Shown: positions 13,101 through 25,900 of the stretch, in pieces
How the letters are laid out: the number at the start of each line of letters is the position of its first letter
Numbering within the stretch: position 1 is the first letter of the stretch
NCBI GenBank assembly: GCA_964035545.1
Contig: OZ037770.1
Coordinates: forward strand, 15,180,642-15,244,641
Length of the DNA stretch: 64,000 nucleotides
Source of the DNA: Bugula neritina
Taxonomy: Eukaryota; Animalia; Bryozoa
Direction: 5' to 3'
Program-made: the position numbers and the translations under genes
Notes under the pieces: model-generated
Databases searched by the model: none
Told to the model about the DNA's origin: nothing
What the model saw: the letters and a program-made list of their open reading frames with translations, nothing else

Positions 13101-14863
13101 ACAACACCTGACTGCTAAAACAATGCATGCCTTCAAATATGTATATGATAAATATTTTGATAAAGCTGATTGGTTTATGAAGGTGAATGTCATTTATTCA
13201 TTTCCTGCCTCTCTAGATATTCTTTATCTACTATATACTCTGTACTAACACTACTATATTATACTCTGTACTAACACTACTATATACTCTGTACTAACAC
13301 TACTATGTACTCTGTACTAACACTACTATATACTCTGTACTAACACTACTATATACTCTGTACTAACACTACTATGTACTCTGTACTAACACTACTATAT
13401 ACTCTATACTAACACTACTATATACTCTGTACTAACACTACTTTATACTCTGTACTAACACTACTATATACTCTGTACTAACACTACTATATACTCTGTA
13501 CTAACACTACTATATACTCTGTACTAACACTACTATATACTCTGTACTAACACTACTATATACTCTGTACTAACACTACTATATACTCTGTACTAACACT
13601 ACTATATACTCTGTACTAACACTACTATATACTCTGTACTAACACTACTATATACTCTGTACTAACACTACTATATACTCTGTACTAACACTACTATATA
13701 CTCTGTACTAACACTACTATATACTCTGTACTAACACTACTCTATACTCTGTACTAACACTACTATGTACTCTGTACTAACACTACTATATACTCTGTAC
13801 TAACACTACTATATACTCTGTACTAACACTACTCTGTACTACACACCTTAGGCAGATGACGATACTTTCGCCATTATGGAGAATCTCCGATATTTTCTGG
13901 CCGACAAAAACCCGATGGACTCGGTGTATTATGGCCATCATTTTAAGACTATAGTTAGACCCCAGGGCTATTACAGTGGAGGTGAGGGAGTTGTCTAACA
14001 ATTTTACTAAGCTAGTGCAAATATATTGGGTATACAAAGGTTGGTATTGGTGTACCTCTGTAATGTTTTGCCTACCTTCAGGTGGAGGGTATGTGCTGAG
14101 TAAAGAAGCACTCCAGAGGTTCGCGGAGAAGGGTTTCCATCGCAAGTGGGTCTGCAGGGAAGATGGGGGAGCTGAGGATGCTGAATTTGGCAAGTGTAAG
14201 TTGCTCAGGCTATTTCCTGTGTAAGTTTATGTATGCGCGTGTGTGTTGTGTATACAATGTTACACCTGTGTGTATACAATGTTACACCTGTGTGTACACA
14301 ATGTTACACCTGTGTGCATACAATGTTACACCTGTGTGTACACAATGTTACACCTGTGTGTGTATACAATGTTACAGGTATGCAGAACCTGGGTGTGCAC
14401 ACTGCTGAGTCATATGATGAGAGAGGTGCTAGCAGGTTTCATTGTTTTAACCCGGGAACTCACATACACGGTGGATATCCTAAGTGGTACTTAATGTACG
14501 ACTCCCATGGAGCTAGGCATGTAAGTAGATGCCCTAAGGCTATGCAATCATCTCCAGTAATCAAGTGAATGTTAATTGTCAAGTGATAGTTGATAATCTG
14601 ATAGTTGGCAATGTAGTAGTTGAGTTTATTCTTTACTAGAGTGGTATAATTGGTAAAGCTAGTTCACTAAACGTATATGTTGTTAATATCATATTATGTA
14701 TGGTTTGCAGGGTGTAGACAAGGTTAGTGACTACCCAATCACATTTCACTACGTAAACCCTGAGGAGATGCGCAGTTTGGCATGGTACACCTATCATTTG
14801 AAGGTCTACGGTCACAGAGAAAGGTCCTATCCAAAACTCCACAGTTACTATACTAAGAAGTAG
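10145..14863 (+). CDS. C1GALT1: Core 1 beta-1,3-galactosyltransferase (T-synthase)-like, tandem copy 2, complete and canonical
   Basis: Exons 10145-10265 (type II TM anchor FFIGVITGVLVSMGILGVF), 10868-11005, 12617-12799, 13079-13182, 13852-13981, 14082-14195, 14378-14520, 14711-14863 (TAG). Motifs ILCWIMT, ADDDTF, GYYSGGGGYVLSKEAL, RFH, TFHYV. Confidence 0.92.
11488..12004. repeat. Tandem duplication of about 255 bp
   Basis: 11488-11739 is repeated at 11740-12004 with a 10-bp indel and AAC junction microhomology. Confidence 0.9.
13228..13840. repeat. 23-bp minisatellite, paralogous array in C1GALT1 copy 2
   Basis: About 26 copies of the same unit ending at the acceptor at 13851. Confidence 0.92.
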
Positions 14864-17265
14864 CCATTCTTCGAACAATGATACAAATATGAAAGCAACG
14901 ATGCATTCCTATATTACAATTTTATATAACCTAAGTTTTCTGTTTGGTTTTTCGTAGCCTGTGATTCATAATGTTAGCCTTGTTTGTTGCTCACATGACA
15001 CTGAAGTGTCTGATGTTCCCATTGCGATAACCAATCATTAGCCATATGCAGATGCTAATTTATGCAGTGTGTAGTTTACTGATTTCTATTTTAAAGTTGA
15101 TTTTTGTATTTTCTTTATTAATTGTATTTATATAATTTCACTTCATGGTGGTGCAGAGTCTTGCTAAGTCAGAAAATTTCAATCACTATGTTTTGCAATC
15201 CTTAAATCTAATCATTTCTTATTTTATTGTGTTTTTTAGTATTCATAAAGTCCCTTCGTCTGCATTATTTGTATATGAAATTTCATGATAAATTAGGTTG
15301 GGTTCGTTTTTTATTTACAGCTCAAATAAATACTTCTGAAACTCAGACATATTTAATTTGAATTGATGAACATGAACTCTTTGGAAATTGAAGACTGAAT
15401 TGGCCCTGGTAGTAGTAATCTTCTAGTTTATATCTACTTACAGGCTACATCTCATTTATGTTTATAGCATCAGCATAAATATGTATATCAGTTTAAGTCG
15501 TGTTATTACTCAAAATCTAAATAAATTATCAATTAAGTTACATTTCAGTGAGTGACATTGACACCGCCAGTCACAGGTACTGCTTCAAGGTCTTTGGTGT
15601 TCTAGAATTCAACTGAAGACTCCTGTTACAAAGTGTTGCTTGTAATAATTATCAAATCATTGTTCAGTCAGAAATTCGCTGAGCAAATCATACTAGGTGC
15701 CGATTAGTTTAATCTTTTTTCGGTGAAAGCACACATCAGTGTATAGCAATGTAACTTTTAGTTGTTGGAATATCCTCTTTTCTAGACTCTAGAGTTTTCG
15801 CTAAACCTATCGTAGCATGGACTCAGTGTGGTAGATATCCGTGAATCGCACTGCATAGAATATAGGGGAGTTTATAGCGAGCCAAGTAAAGCAGTTTACA
15901 TGTGGTTTCCGAACGCGATCCAGCTTATTTTGGTCGTTGAAATGATTGAAATAATCAACTACAAATCTACACACAAATCACACCCTCGTCAATTAACATT
16001 CTCTGGTTTTAATTATATTCATTTTTTAAAACTTAGCCGTAGTAAAATAATTTTGTGATACTTGACTGGAGAATTACTTATAAATTGAAATTACATTGTG
16101 ATTGCTTGCGGGCTTACCTACGCCTACGGCTACAGTTACACTTGCAGAGTACTGGCACAGGCTGAAGCTACAACTTGAACTTACATTTACAAAACACAAG
16201 TACAACAATCAGCAGCGCAGGTATCTGTAGTGAAGTAGTAGTACTAGTACTTGTACACCCAACACATTAACAGTCAAATGGCAAATATAAAATAAAGATC
16301 AATTTATCAAAGCGAACTCCAAATTTTGTGCATTGTGATTTAGATTTTCAAAGTCATACTCATAGACATATGTATCAGTATGGACTATGGAGACGTATTT
16401 TGATTAATTATTATTATATATTACTTATTTAAAATTATATAGTTATATTTATATTTTTACAAAACCAGTTGTGAGTGAGTTTATCATAATTAAATTTTAA
16501 TTTAATCTACTTTAACTTTTGGAAGTTTTGTTTTATATTATTAACGTTAAAAATAATTAAAGTATAATAATAAAAAGTGTTTCTAAACTGCTTTGAGTTT
16601 GAATGGTACCGAATAAAGATAAAGGCCAAATCACTTGAAGTTAAACTATAACTAAATATGTAAAGTTACAATGCTAGTATTAAATAGTAAATTTATGTTA
16701 TTACTTGTTCTAAATAATCTCGCAATTAATAATGACAACAAGAGTGATAGTTTTAATAATGCTCATATTTATAGTGATAATCATACTAACTGTGAAAGTC
16801 ATAGCTTCTAATAATTATTATAAATGCAATTATCTTACATTCATCAGAATTATAAAAAGGATGCAAATGTTTGAGTTGAATATAAATGACCACCACAGTA
16901 TTATTATTTATATGTCTATTGCCATTTAAAATGGAATTCACTACTCCGATTTAATCATTTGTTTTTAATATGTGAGTGAAATTGAGTTGATTCAACATCT
17001 ATTTCTTCATTTAGTCGATACATTGACTTGGCATTGCTAACATCTTAAGGATTTTGTCAGCTTATAATTTTATTTTCATATACGTCAGGTTGAAAAATTA
17101 AATTCATTTGAACTAAAAATTAGCCGTTGATGGCATTAGCATTTATTTTTTGTACTTTCTTACTGTTCCTTGTAGTATTGACTCATATTGTGTAACTTTC
17201 TAACCTTTATAATGGTTCTTCAGCTTTGCTCAAAAGGCGCCGGATCTAATAGATTTAGCAGAAGT

Positions 17266-20200
17266 ATGGGGGAATCCAGTCTGTTAAATGATTACCAATA
17301 TGCTTTTCCTGAGGATTTTTATGATGAAACTGGAGAAATTGATATGCAGAAGTTAATGGAACTATTAGAAGCCAACCCAGAGCTTATGGAGCAGTTTCAA
17401 GGTCATAAAACTAATCTAATATACATTTTATTTTTTTCTATCAATTATAATGTGAAAATTTAAATTGTAAACTAGAGCCACGGTGTTAATGCTATCAATT
17501 GTAGTGAAGAATAGTTGCTAACTAAACGCCTTGTAAGTATGAAACTGGTTTTTGCTTGAAGAGTATTTATTATGTAAATTTAATTTAATTTAATTTTGAT
17601 GTTCTCATCATTAGCATTTTATGTTAGAATGTAAATACCTTAAACACGCCTTGTGCTGGACTTACTTCTAGTTTATTGATTCAAAATATTTTTAAAATAG
17701 TTCCTTCTTTTTATAATTTTTTTGCATTTACATAATCAATAATTGTTTTTAGAAATTAGCAATATTCAGTTCTATAACTGGCAATATTGATTCTGTAACT
17801 GTCAACTGTCGAATATTATGTTGTGATGTAGAGATGTACGAAGATGATGATTATCTCCCAGCCGAAGACTACGCATACACAACTTTACCTACGCTGCAAG
17901 ATACCTACACTGACTGTATATTACCCAACATGAGTTCAGCTCTAGAGAGCATTGTCCCTCTGCTAGCTGCGTGTGTTCTGTGCTCAATTATTACTCGCTG
18001 CTCTACTTCTACAAGACCTCTCTCCCATATCCTCTACTCTCTATTAGGATTGCTTGTTCTCTACAGATTTTTCCAGGAAAATATACTAATATTAGGTAAA
18101 GATCTCATCAGCCCTGAATTTATTTGATATAAATTTAAATGTTTATTTTGAAACTGATACTAAGTTAACTAAATTCTCTAGCATATTGCTGTCACATGGC
18201 AGCTATTAGCTACTAGTCATGGAATAATACTCAAAATGACTCCCAGACGAGTTGCAGTCTGAGTGAGAATGAGATGCGGAAAACTACAGCCATCTCTTGT
18301 CAATGCTGACTCGCGACAACTAATTGTGTCTGTTCGTTTGCCAGTCTGGATTACATGTGGTGCGGCACTTGATGGCATTGCTACTTTTTATTTAGCTCTA
18401 AGTATAGCGCAGGGGGGGGGGGGAGGCGAGGGTAGGACTAAATTGTCTGTTTGGAAATTATTTTGTTATACACAGCAGGTATATTTGAAAGTGATTTAGC
18501 TGTGATGTGTTACTGTTTTACAGTTATATACACAACTATAGCCTGTGGCTTCATACAGTCAAAGTTCCTTAGAACAAGGTTGGCAGTTATCTCCTCCTTG
18601 TTCTCATTGGTTTATGTGATAGCCTGTGAGTTCTTGGTTTCACCAGAGCGATGGCACAATGTGAGGGGGGCGCAAATGATACTTTCTATGAAAGGTGGGT
18701 TTCTACTACTAAGTCTACTGCTACTACTGCTATTACTAGTTACTACTACTACTGCTGCTGCTACTACTACTACTTCTACTACTACTACTACTACTACTAC
18801 TATTATTACTACTAACTAATACTAAGTCTACTACTGCTACTGCTGCTACTATTACTGCTACTAACTTGGTTCTGTAATTGTTATTTTTATATTTTAGTAA
18901 TTTCTTTGAGTATTGATTTATCCAATGAGAAAGTAAAATCTACTTCCATCTTTACAACTTTGAGTTACTTTCTTCACCCCGGAAATGTGATCTTCGGTCC
19001 TTGGCTACCATATCAGTATTACATTGACAGTAAGTCCAATAGTTTACCTTTCTCAGTAATATACTATAATACTATACTGTAATACTATACCATATCAGTA
19101 TTACATTGACAGTGAGTCTAATGGTTTACCTTTCTCAGTAATATACTATAATACTACACTATAATACTATACTAGATCATAATTAATTATATACAATACT
19201 GTATTATATATTAGTATATAATATTATATTCTACAACAAAACTGTCTGATAGCTATATATTTAGTGTTAATATCTCACCAATACAGCACTGATATTTTGG
19301 TGTTGTCTTCCCATGGCAGGTATCTCTTCACATAGAAGTCTGCTAGATTGGGAGTGGATGGTTCAAATATATAAGAGTTGTCTCCTTTCTGGAGCATATC
19401 TTCTCTGGTCATCTTGTATTGCATCATACATTCTGCCTCATTTCACTCTTCAGTATGGCCTTTGGGCTGAGGGTATGTATTTAGATGTCAATTCATTGTA
19501 TTCCGTACTATTCTTATGATTGGTTGTTTATTCCTTACTATTCTTATGATTGGTTACGTGTATTCCTTACTACTCTTATTATTGGTTGTTTATTCCCGAC
19601 TACTCTTATTATTGTTAAGGATAGTTTGATGTGATAATATTTTCCTCTAGGATGAGCTGCACAAACTGGTAAATTTTGTGTTCTGTTGAATTCAATGTTA
19701 GTTTTTATACTTCAGAGTTTTGGCTTTCATATGTTCAAATGTTCAGTATTTTGCTGCGAGGGAAAGGAACTGTGATTTATTGAAGAATTATCAAAATGAT
19801 GTGGAAGGTGTTCCTCTAGCTAATGCCTTTCTTTTCATAGAATTTGCTTTTCCGATTCACTGATCTTAATGTAACAAATTAGTAAATTCATAACTTTCTA
19901 ATCAAATAAAGACATGCCCACAATACTCTTCCTAAAGTTCATCAGTGTTTTGTGTTTGGGTGATTTTACTTAATTTAGTACACACTTGATATCTTCAGTT
20001 TTTAGCTATTTTTCACAATTTAACTGCTAACTGACATGGTTTTTTGGCCAAAACTAGTAAAACACCAATAAATACACCTATATAATCAAAGTTCTTATTA
20101 ATTTTGCTTCATTTCCCATGTTTTTTCCTAATTATTCAGCTACTTTTCGAGACGGTCTGCACTCCTTATAAGCTAAATATATAAGAAAAAACATAGGAAA

Positions 20201-22493
20201 TCAAGCAAAATTAAGAAGAACTCTAATTGTTTTGGTGTATTTATTGGTGCTTTACTAGTTTTGGGCAAAAAGCCATGTTCATTACCAGCTAAATTGTGAA
20301 AAAAAATAGCTAAAAACTGAAGATGTCCAGTGTGTACTAAATTAAGTAAAATGATCCGTTTAGCGTACAGGGAAGCTCAGTCCTTCAGATTCAGTCACTA
20401 CTTTGTGTGCAGTCTTTCCGAGATGACACTTCTGCTTTCGGGAGTTGCTGTCTTTTCTGCTGGAGAGTTTACTTCTCACACTAGAGTCAGCCAGCCAATC
20501 AACATTGAGGTAACATGAACCATAGCCAATCAATATTGGGTAAATTTAGGCATTAGCCAATCATATTGAGGTATCACAAGCCTTAGCTAATCAACATTGA
20601 GATAACATGAACTATAGCCAATCAACATGATTCGCAATGTGTTGAATCGCAGCTTTTATGAGATTTTTTCATACTTCAAAAATTAATTTGAATATGTTTG
20701 ATCCACTTTTTCATTTTGAAAATCTTATTTTGATATTCTTTGTTTTGTTGAATATTGAAATTCTAATGTGTTTTCCCAGTTACCTCGCTCACTAGTAGAA
20801 GTTGTCACTAGCTGGAACCTGCCCATGCATAAATGGCTGAAGAGTTACGTATTCAAAGTCGTGAAACCCAGTCACGGAGTACTACCTGCTATATTTGCTA
20901 CTTATATGGCCAGCTCTCTTCTTCACGGACTCAACTTTCAGTTAGCTGCTGTTCTACTTTCACTTGGTGAGTGTTAGCTACAGAGTTCTTTGTCTTGAGT
21001 CAACTTAAAAGAAGCACTGACTTGTACTTAAATGGATGTTAGTGAGTTATCTTAAAGTCACTTAAACTACGTTTCAGTGCTGTGAAACAGGCTTAGTGTA
21101 ATTAGATAGAGATTTTTTCTGTATTTTGTCAGCTGTGAATTAAGATAAACTTCAGATGGCTAGAGAACTATTTCATTTATTCGGACTGTGTAAATTGTAA
21201 ACTATTAGAATTGTGTGGTTATTGGAATGGTGGTCACAAGTCTTAACTCAAGTAGCTTAGAGTTTACTCAAGTATTACTTGACTTGATAAACCCTTCGTT
21301 TGGCTATCTGCTGACAGTTATTTTTATATTCCGTTGAACTATCTCAGCCAGATTGTTCTGAGAATTGTGCTCAGATCTATAGTTTTCCATGAGTGTCATT
21401 GCGATCTGGATGAGTTGCCTCCTCTTGAGTGGAGGGTACTTTAATAGTATAGTTTGTTCACCCGGCTGTCAGTTAAAAACAAAATTGTTACAGTCTAAAA
21501 ATTTGCGCCAGCTATAAACTATACGCAGCAAAGCTTTTAGTGTGAAGTTATTTGGCCAATTTATGATAATTACTCTTAATTTTGTAGCTTGACAGCTTAT
21601 ATAAAATTAATAGCTGTCTTGCAGATTATCCATAAACTTACAGGGTTGTTAGGCTTGAGATTACGCAGCAAATAAATAAGTAACCAAAGTATGTTCTACT
21701 GGTCATTTAAATGCTGGCATCTTTTTGCACCTTCTAAATGCTTGAAAATGATCTTGTGTGCTGATAACATGCTGATAGGGGACGCAGAAAGCTCATGCGA
21801 GTTTGATCTAATTGGCTTGTTTCCGTGAGCCAGCATACTTTTTGAATTTCAATCTGCGTTTTAGTTTTTAGAGAACTGGACTTGAACAAATTTTCATATA
21901 GTTTGCATTTTCAACTTTTATAATATCTAAAGTCGATTTGCAGACCACGTAGATTTGAAAACAAATGCATGCAGGCGAGCTAGTAGCACGTAGCCAAGAT
22001 CATTAGCTAATAAATTTACGCACCCACAACCTACTCACTGTGTGCGGCAGAAAATCCTCGTGGCGTGGCTCTAGGGTAACTGAGATAGCACTACTTGACT
22101 TGAGATAACGACTAGTTACAGAATATGATGTTAAAATGACTGCAGTGTTTCTCAATCCTTTCCTTTTCAGGTTTCTACTCGTACACTGAGCACTCCCTCA
22201 GACACACACTGGCTAACACCTTCAACTTGTGTGTGGAGGCGAAGAGATGTATCGGCAACCCGTGTCCCCACAGATACGGACACTACGACAAATTCTCAGT
22301 AGTGGTGAATGTGTCCTTCACCTGTCTCGCCATGTACCACCTAGCCTACCTGGGCGTTATGTTCGACACAAGCGAGACTGAGCAGGAAAGGGGCTACTCC
22401 ATGTTCCATACTCTCAGCAAATGGCAAAACCTGGGCTATTCGAGTCACATAGTGGCTCTTTGTACATACTGTTTCTATTGGCTCATCAAATAA
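17266..22493 (+). CDS. PORCN: Protein-serine O-palmitoleoyltransferase porcupine (MBOAT family Wnt acyltransferase)
   Basis: Exons 17266-17401, 17832-18095, 18524-18694, 18898-19029, 19320-19472, 20364-20509, 20780-20966, 22171-22493. Motifs [65 protein letters not shown] (catalytic His), [10 protein letters not shown]. Confidence 0.93.
19963..20352. mobile_element. Palindromic MITE in PORCN intron
   Basis: Long imperfect inverted arms ATTTTACTTAATTTAGTACACAC.../...GTGTGTACTAAATTAAGTAAAAT. A related half copy lies at 60248-60430. Confidence 0.8.
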
Positions 22494-22934
22494 CTCTAGA
22501 TTAACGGCACTCATTGCTTGGAGTTACATCGCTATTTTTTGTAATGTAGAGGTCAATTTAAACTGTAGAGTATATTGTGAATGAGTCATAATACAATAAA
22601 ATTTAAAGTTAACGTAAAGTTAATCCTGGAAGATACTGTAAGAGTACAAGACACTGTTAGCAAAGATGTAATAAAATAATATAAATACTATTATCACTGA
22701 GCTTGAAATCGGAATAAAGGCAATTCTGGTCCTGAATCATAAATGCTGCATAAATTGGGTTTAACCTTGACATTTCAAAATTCAAATATATGTCAAGGTT
22801 ACCATTCAAGTATAAGCTAAAGTTTTGTATTCAGAGTTTGAATTCTTCATCTGTTTGAAAGTCAATGTGTGTAATGTCAGAGTCACATTGTGTGCAGGTC
22901 AAGGTCACATTGTGTGCAGGTCAAGGTCATGTTC

Positions 22935-25900
22935 TCATAGGTTCTCACTGCTGTAACCCTCATTATGGAAGTCTACTTTAGTCTCGTATCTTGGAGGCTG
23001 CATATCCTGACGGAAAATATAATAAATATTTATAATAATAGAATATAGATATAATGATATAATAAAATAGTATAAGTATATATACTAATACAATGGAATA
23101 GTATATATAAAATAGTATAATCTATACACAATAATATAATATAATAACACAATAATATAGTATAATAACACAATAATATAGTATAATAATATAAGTATAT
23201 ATACGATAGTGTAAGTATATTATGTATAATAAATAAATAATTTATTTATGTACATATACAAAATAATACAATAATAAAATTTATAGTCATAATAACATTA
23301 GAAAAAAAGTTATATCATAAAATAAATAGAGTGATTTCTCACCATGGTAGGGTATTGGCTTATAGGGTCATTTGGATCAACCACCCAACCATCGACATAG
23401 TCCACAAGACTTCTGTGCTGTACCAGAGCTGGTCCCCAGTCTATTGTTGGGTTGATGAAAACCCCCAGTTTCTAGACAATGGAGATGACACTGAAGGTTA
23501 ACGTTTAATATTATCACAATATATGTAAGTTATATAGTAATATAACAATACAAGAATCGGAGAATGTTAATTTAAGCAAACATTACAGCACAGGCTTCAA
23601 TAATGTATATAAGGACTTTAAAGTAGGTGTAAATAAGTATGTTCACTTCAATTGTTACCATCTTCAGAGCTTAGCCTTAGAGCAAATGGTAAGTAGACAC
23701 TTAAAGTATCGATGAATACAGGCTACATAGCAAAATAGGGACCAATTTGTGCACTGTTAGTTATTATTTGTCGTTTGGTGAACAGAAAACTTTCTATATA
23801 GAAACCACAGTTGATTACAGTTGAAATTTCCCGATGATTAGGACTAAGAAACTTATCAACTAATAAAAAGAGAATTAAAAACTTGATATTCGTGCTGTTT
23901 CATAGTGAGTAATAGAATAATACTTTAGTCAAGTTTCTAATAGTCTCAGTCCTACTGGTTTGGGTTTGCTCGACATCGGGCAGAAATACTAAAGCACAAC
24001 AAACCTCTGCGAAAGTTCCATTATGGTTCAGCATTATCGTGACGAAATGGTAGATGGGAGCTATGAATATGGCGACAACGACCACCAGGGTGCAGCCCCA
24101 GCCTAGAGCCTGGGCCCATGTCTGAAACTCGGTTTCGTCATCATACTTCAAGGGGGTGTATCCCAGCCAGTCAAATATCATCACAAACTAACAAGTCAAT
24201 GCAAGGAGTGGATCAAGTCATAAAAAATAAATCAAGGGGTGGAGTGTCAAAAATAACCATTATCTAGAATGAATAATAATAATAAGCAAATAGAGCATTA
24301 ACATATTCGGGTGCAATATCGAGTGCTTAAAATTTCTAATAACTCAAAAATTTAATAACAATTTTATCAAAATAAATGAGTTTAAGTAAAGTGCGCAGCT
24401 TGTAAGTTTGTTTTAACATTTTTTTTAGATTACACTTACTGTAACAGCTCTTTCTCAGACTATACTAACTCTAACAGCTGTATCTCAGACTATACTAACT
24501 GTAACAGCTGTTTATCAGACTATACTAACTGTAACAGCTGTATCTTAGACTATACTAACCGTGACAGCCAATGGAGTGAAGAAACACCAACAGATGATCC
24601 ACCAGTATTTGAAGCAGTACCAGGCGGGGAAACATGCTGTGGGAGTTATCATCACTTCGATGTCTTTAATGAATCTACACACGCCGTAAGTGTACGCTAT
24701 GGCTATACACTCTAACAGGGCGATAAGCAGTACATTCCAGCCTCCCGAGTAAGTGTCCAGCACATCTAACATGTAGCTTCCTCCCTTTGTTAATACATAG
24801 TAACTTACATGTGCGTCTAGCTCTGTATCTGTAGGTGACTTACTTGTAAGTGCAATTCACTAATCAGTGATAGGTGTTATTGTAAGTAATTACTTATTGT
24901 ATTTAGTTACTGCAAATACAAATTCAAGGATGCCTCAAGTACTGCTATACACTATGACTAAGAATGTTGCCAAATTTTGAATTTACACATAGAGTTGTCC
25001 ACTCCTGCATCTACACATACAAGTTGTTATAGAGAGTTGTCTCACCTCTGTGCACATGGTTAGCCCTAGGAAGTACATGACTACACTCATAACCAGCAAG
25101 ACTAGCCATTTCTGCCTACGATGTTGAGGGAACAAATCCATATAGGAGGTTAACAGAGTCTCCACCAGAGCAAACTGTTGATGAGAAAACAATTGCTTGC
25201 ATTATTACAACACATCGCCATTGCATCATAAAGAGTGCACAACTTTACCCAATTACTTTGAAGCAATTCTACAATAAATAATTCCTTTTCAATTGATATT
25301 GCAGCAGTAGAAGTTACCAGCACTAGCGGGCTGACAAGATGTACTGAAACTGTGTACCTGATGCAGGTAAAGGTGTACCTGATGCAGGTAAAAGTATTAA
25401 TATTATGAAGCCTTAGTACCTCAGAATCTAGCCCCAGTGTTATCAACATGAGAAAGAAGAGTATGGACCAGAGTGGAGCGGCAGGAATAGAGTCTACAGC
25501 TCGTGTGTAGACAATGAAGGCCAGTCCAGTACCTGAGTGAAACACACAACACGAGATGCTGGAAAATTCTAGTAGACATTGATAATAGAACTAGTAGAAT
25601 TACAGTAGAACTAGTAGAATTACAGTAGAACTAGTAGAATTACAGTAGAACTAGTAGAATTACAGTAAAACTAGTAGAATTACAGTAGAACTAGTAGAAT
25701 TACAGTAGAACTAGTAGAATTACAGTAGAACTAGTGGAATTACAGTAGAACTAGTAGAATTACAGTAGAACTAGTAGACAGCAGAACTAGTAGAATTACA
25801 GTAGAACTAGTAGAATTACAGTAGAACTAGTAGAATTACAGTAGAACTAGTGGAATTACTAACAAGGCATGCTTCATATGATGTAAATTGAATATATAAA

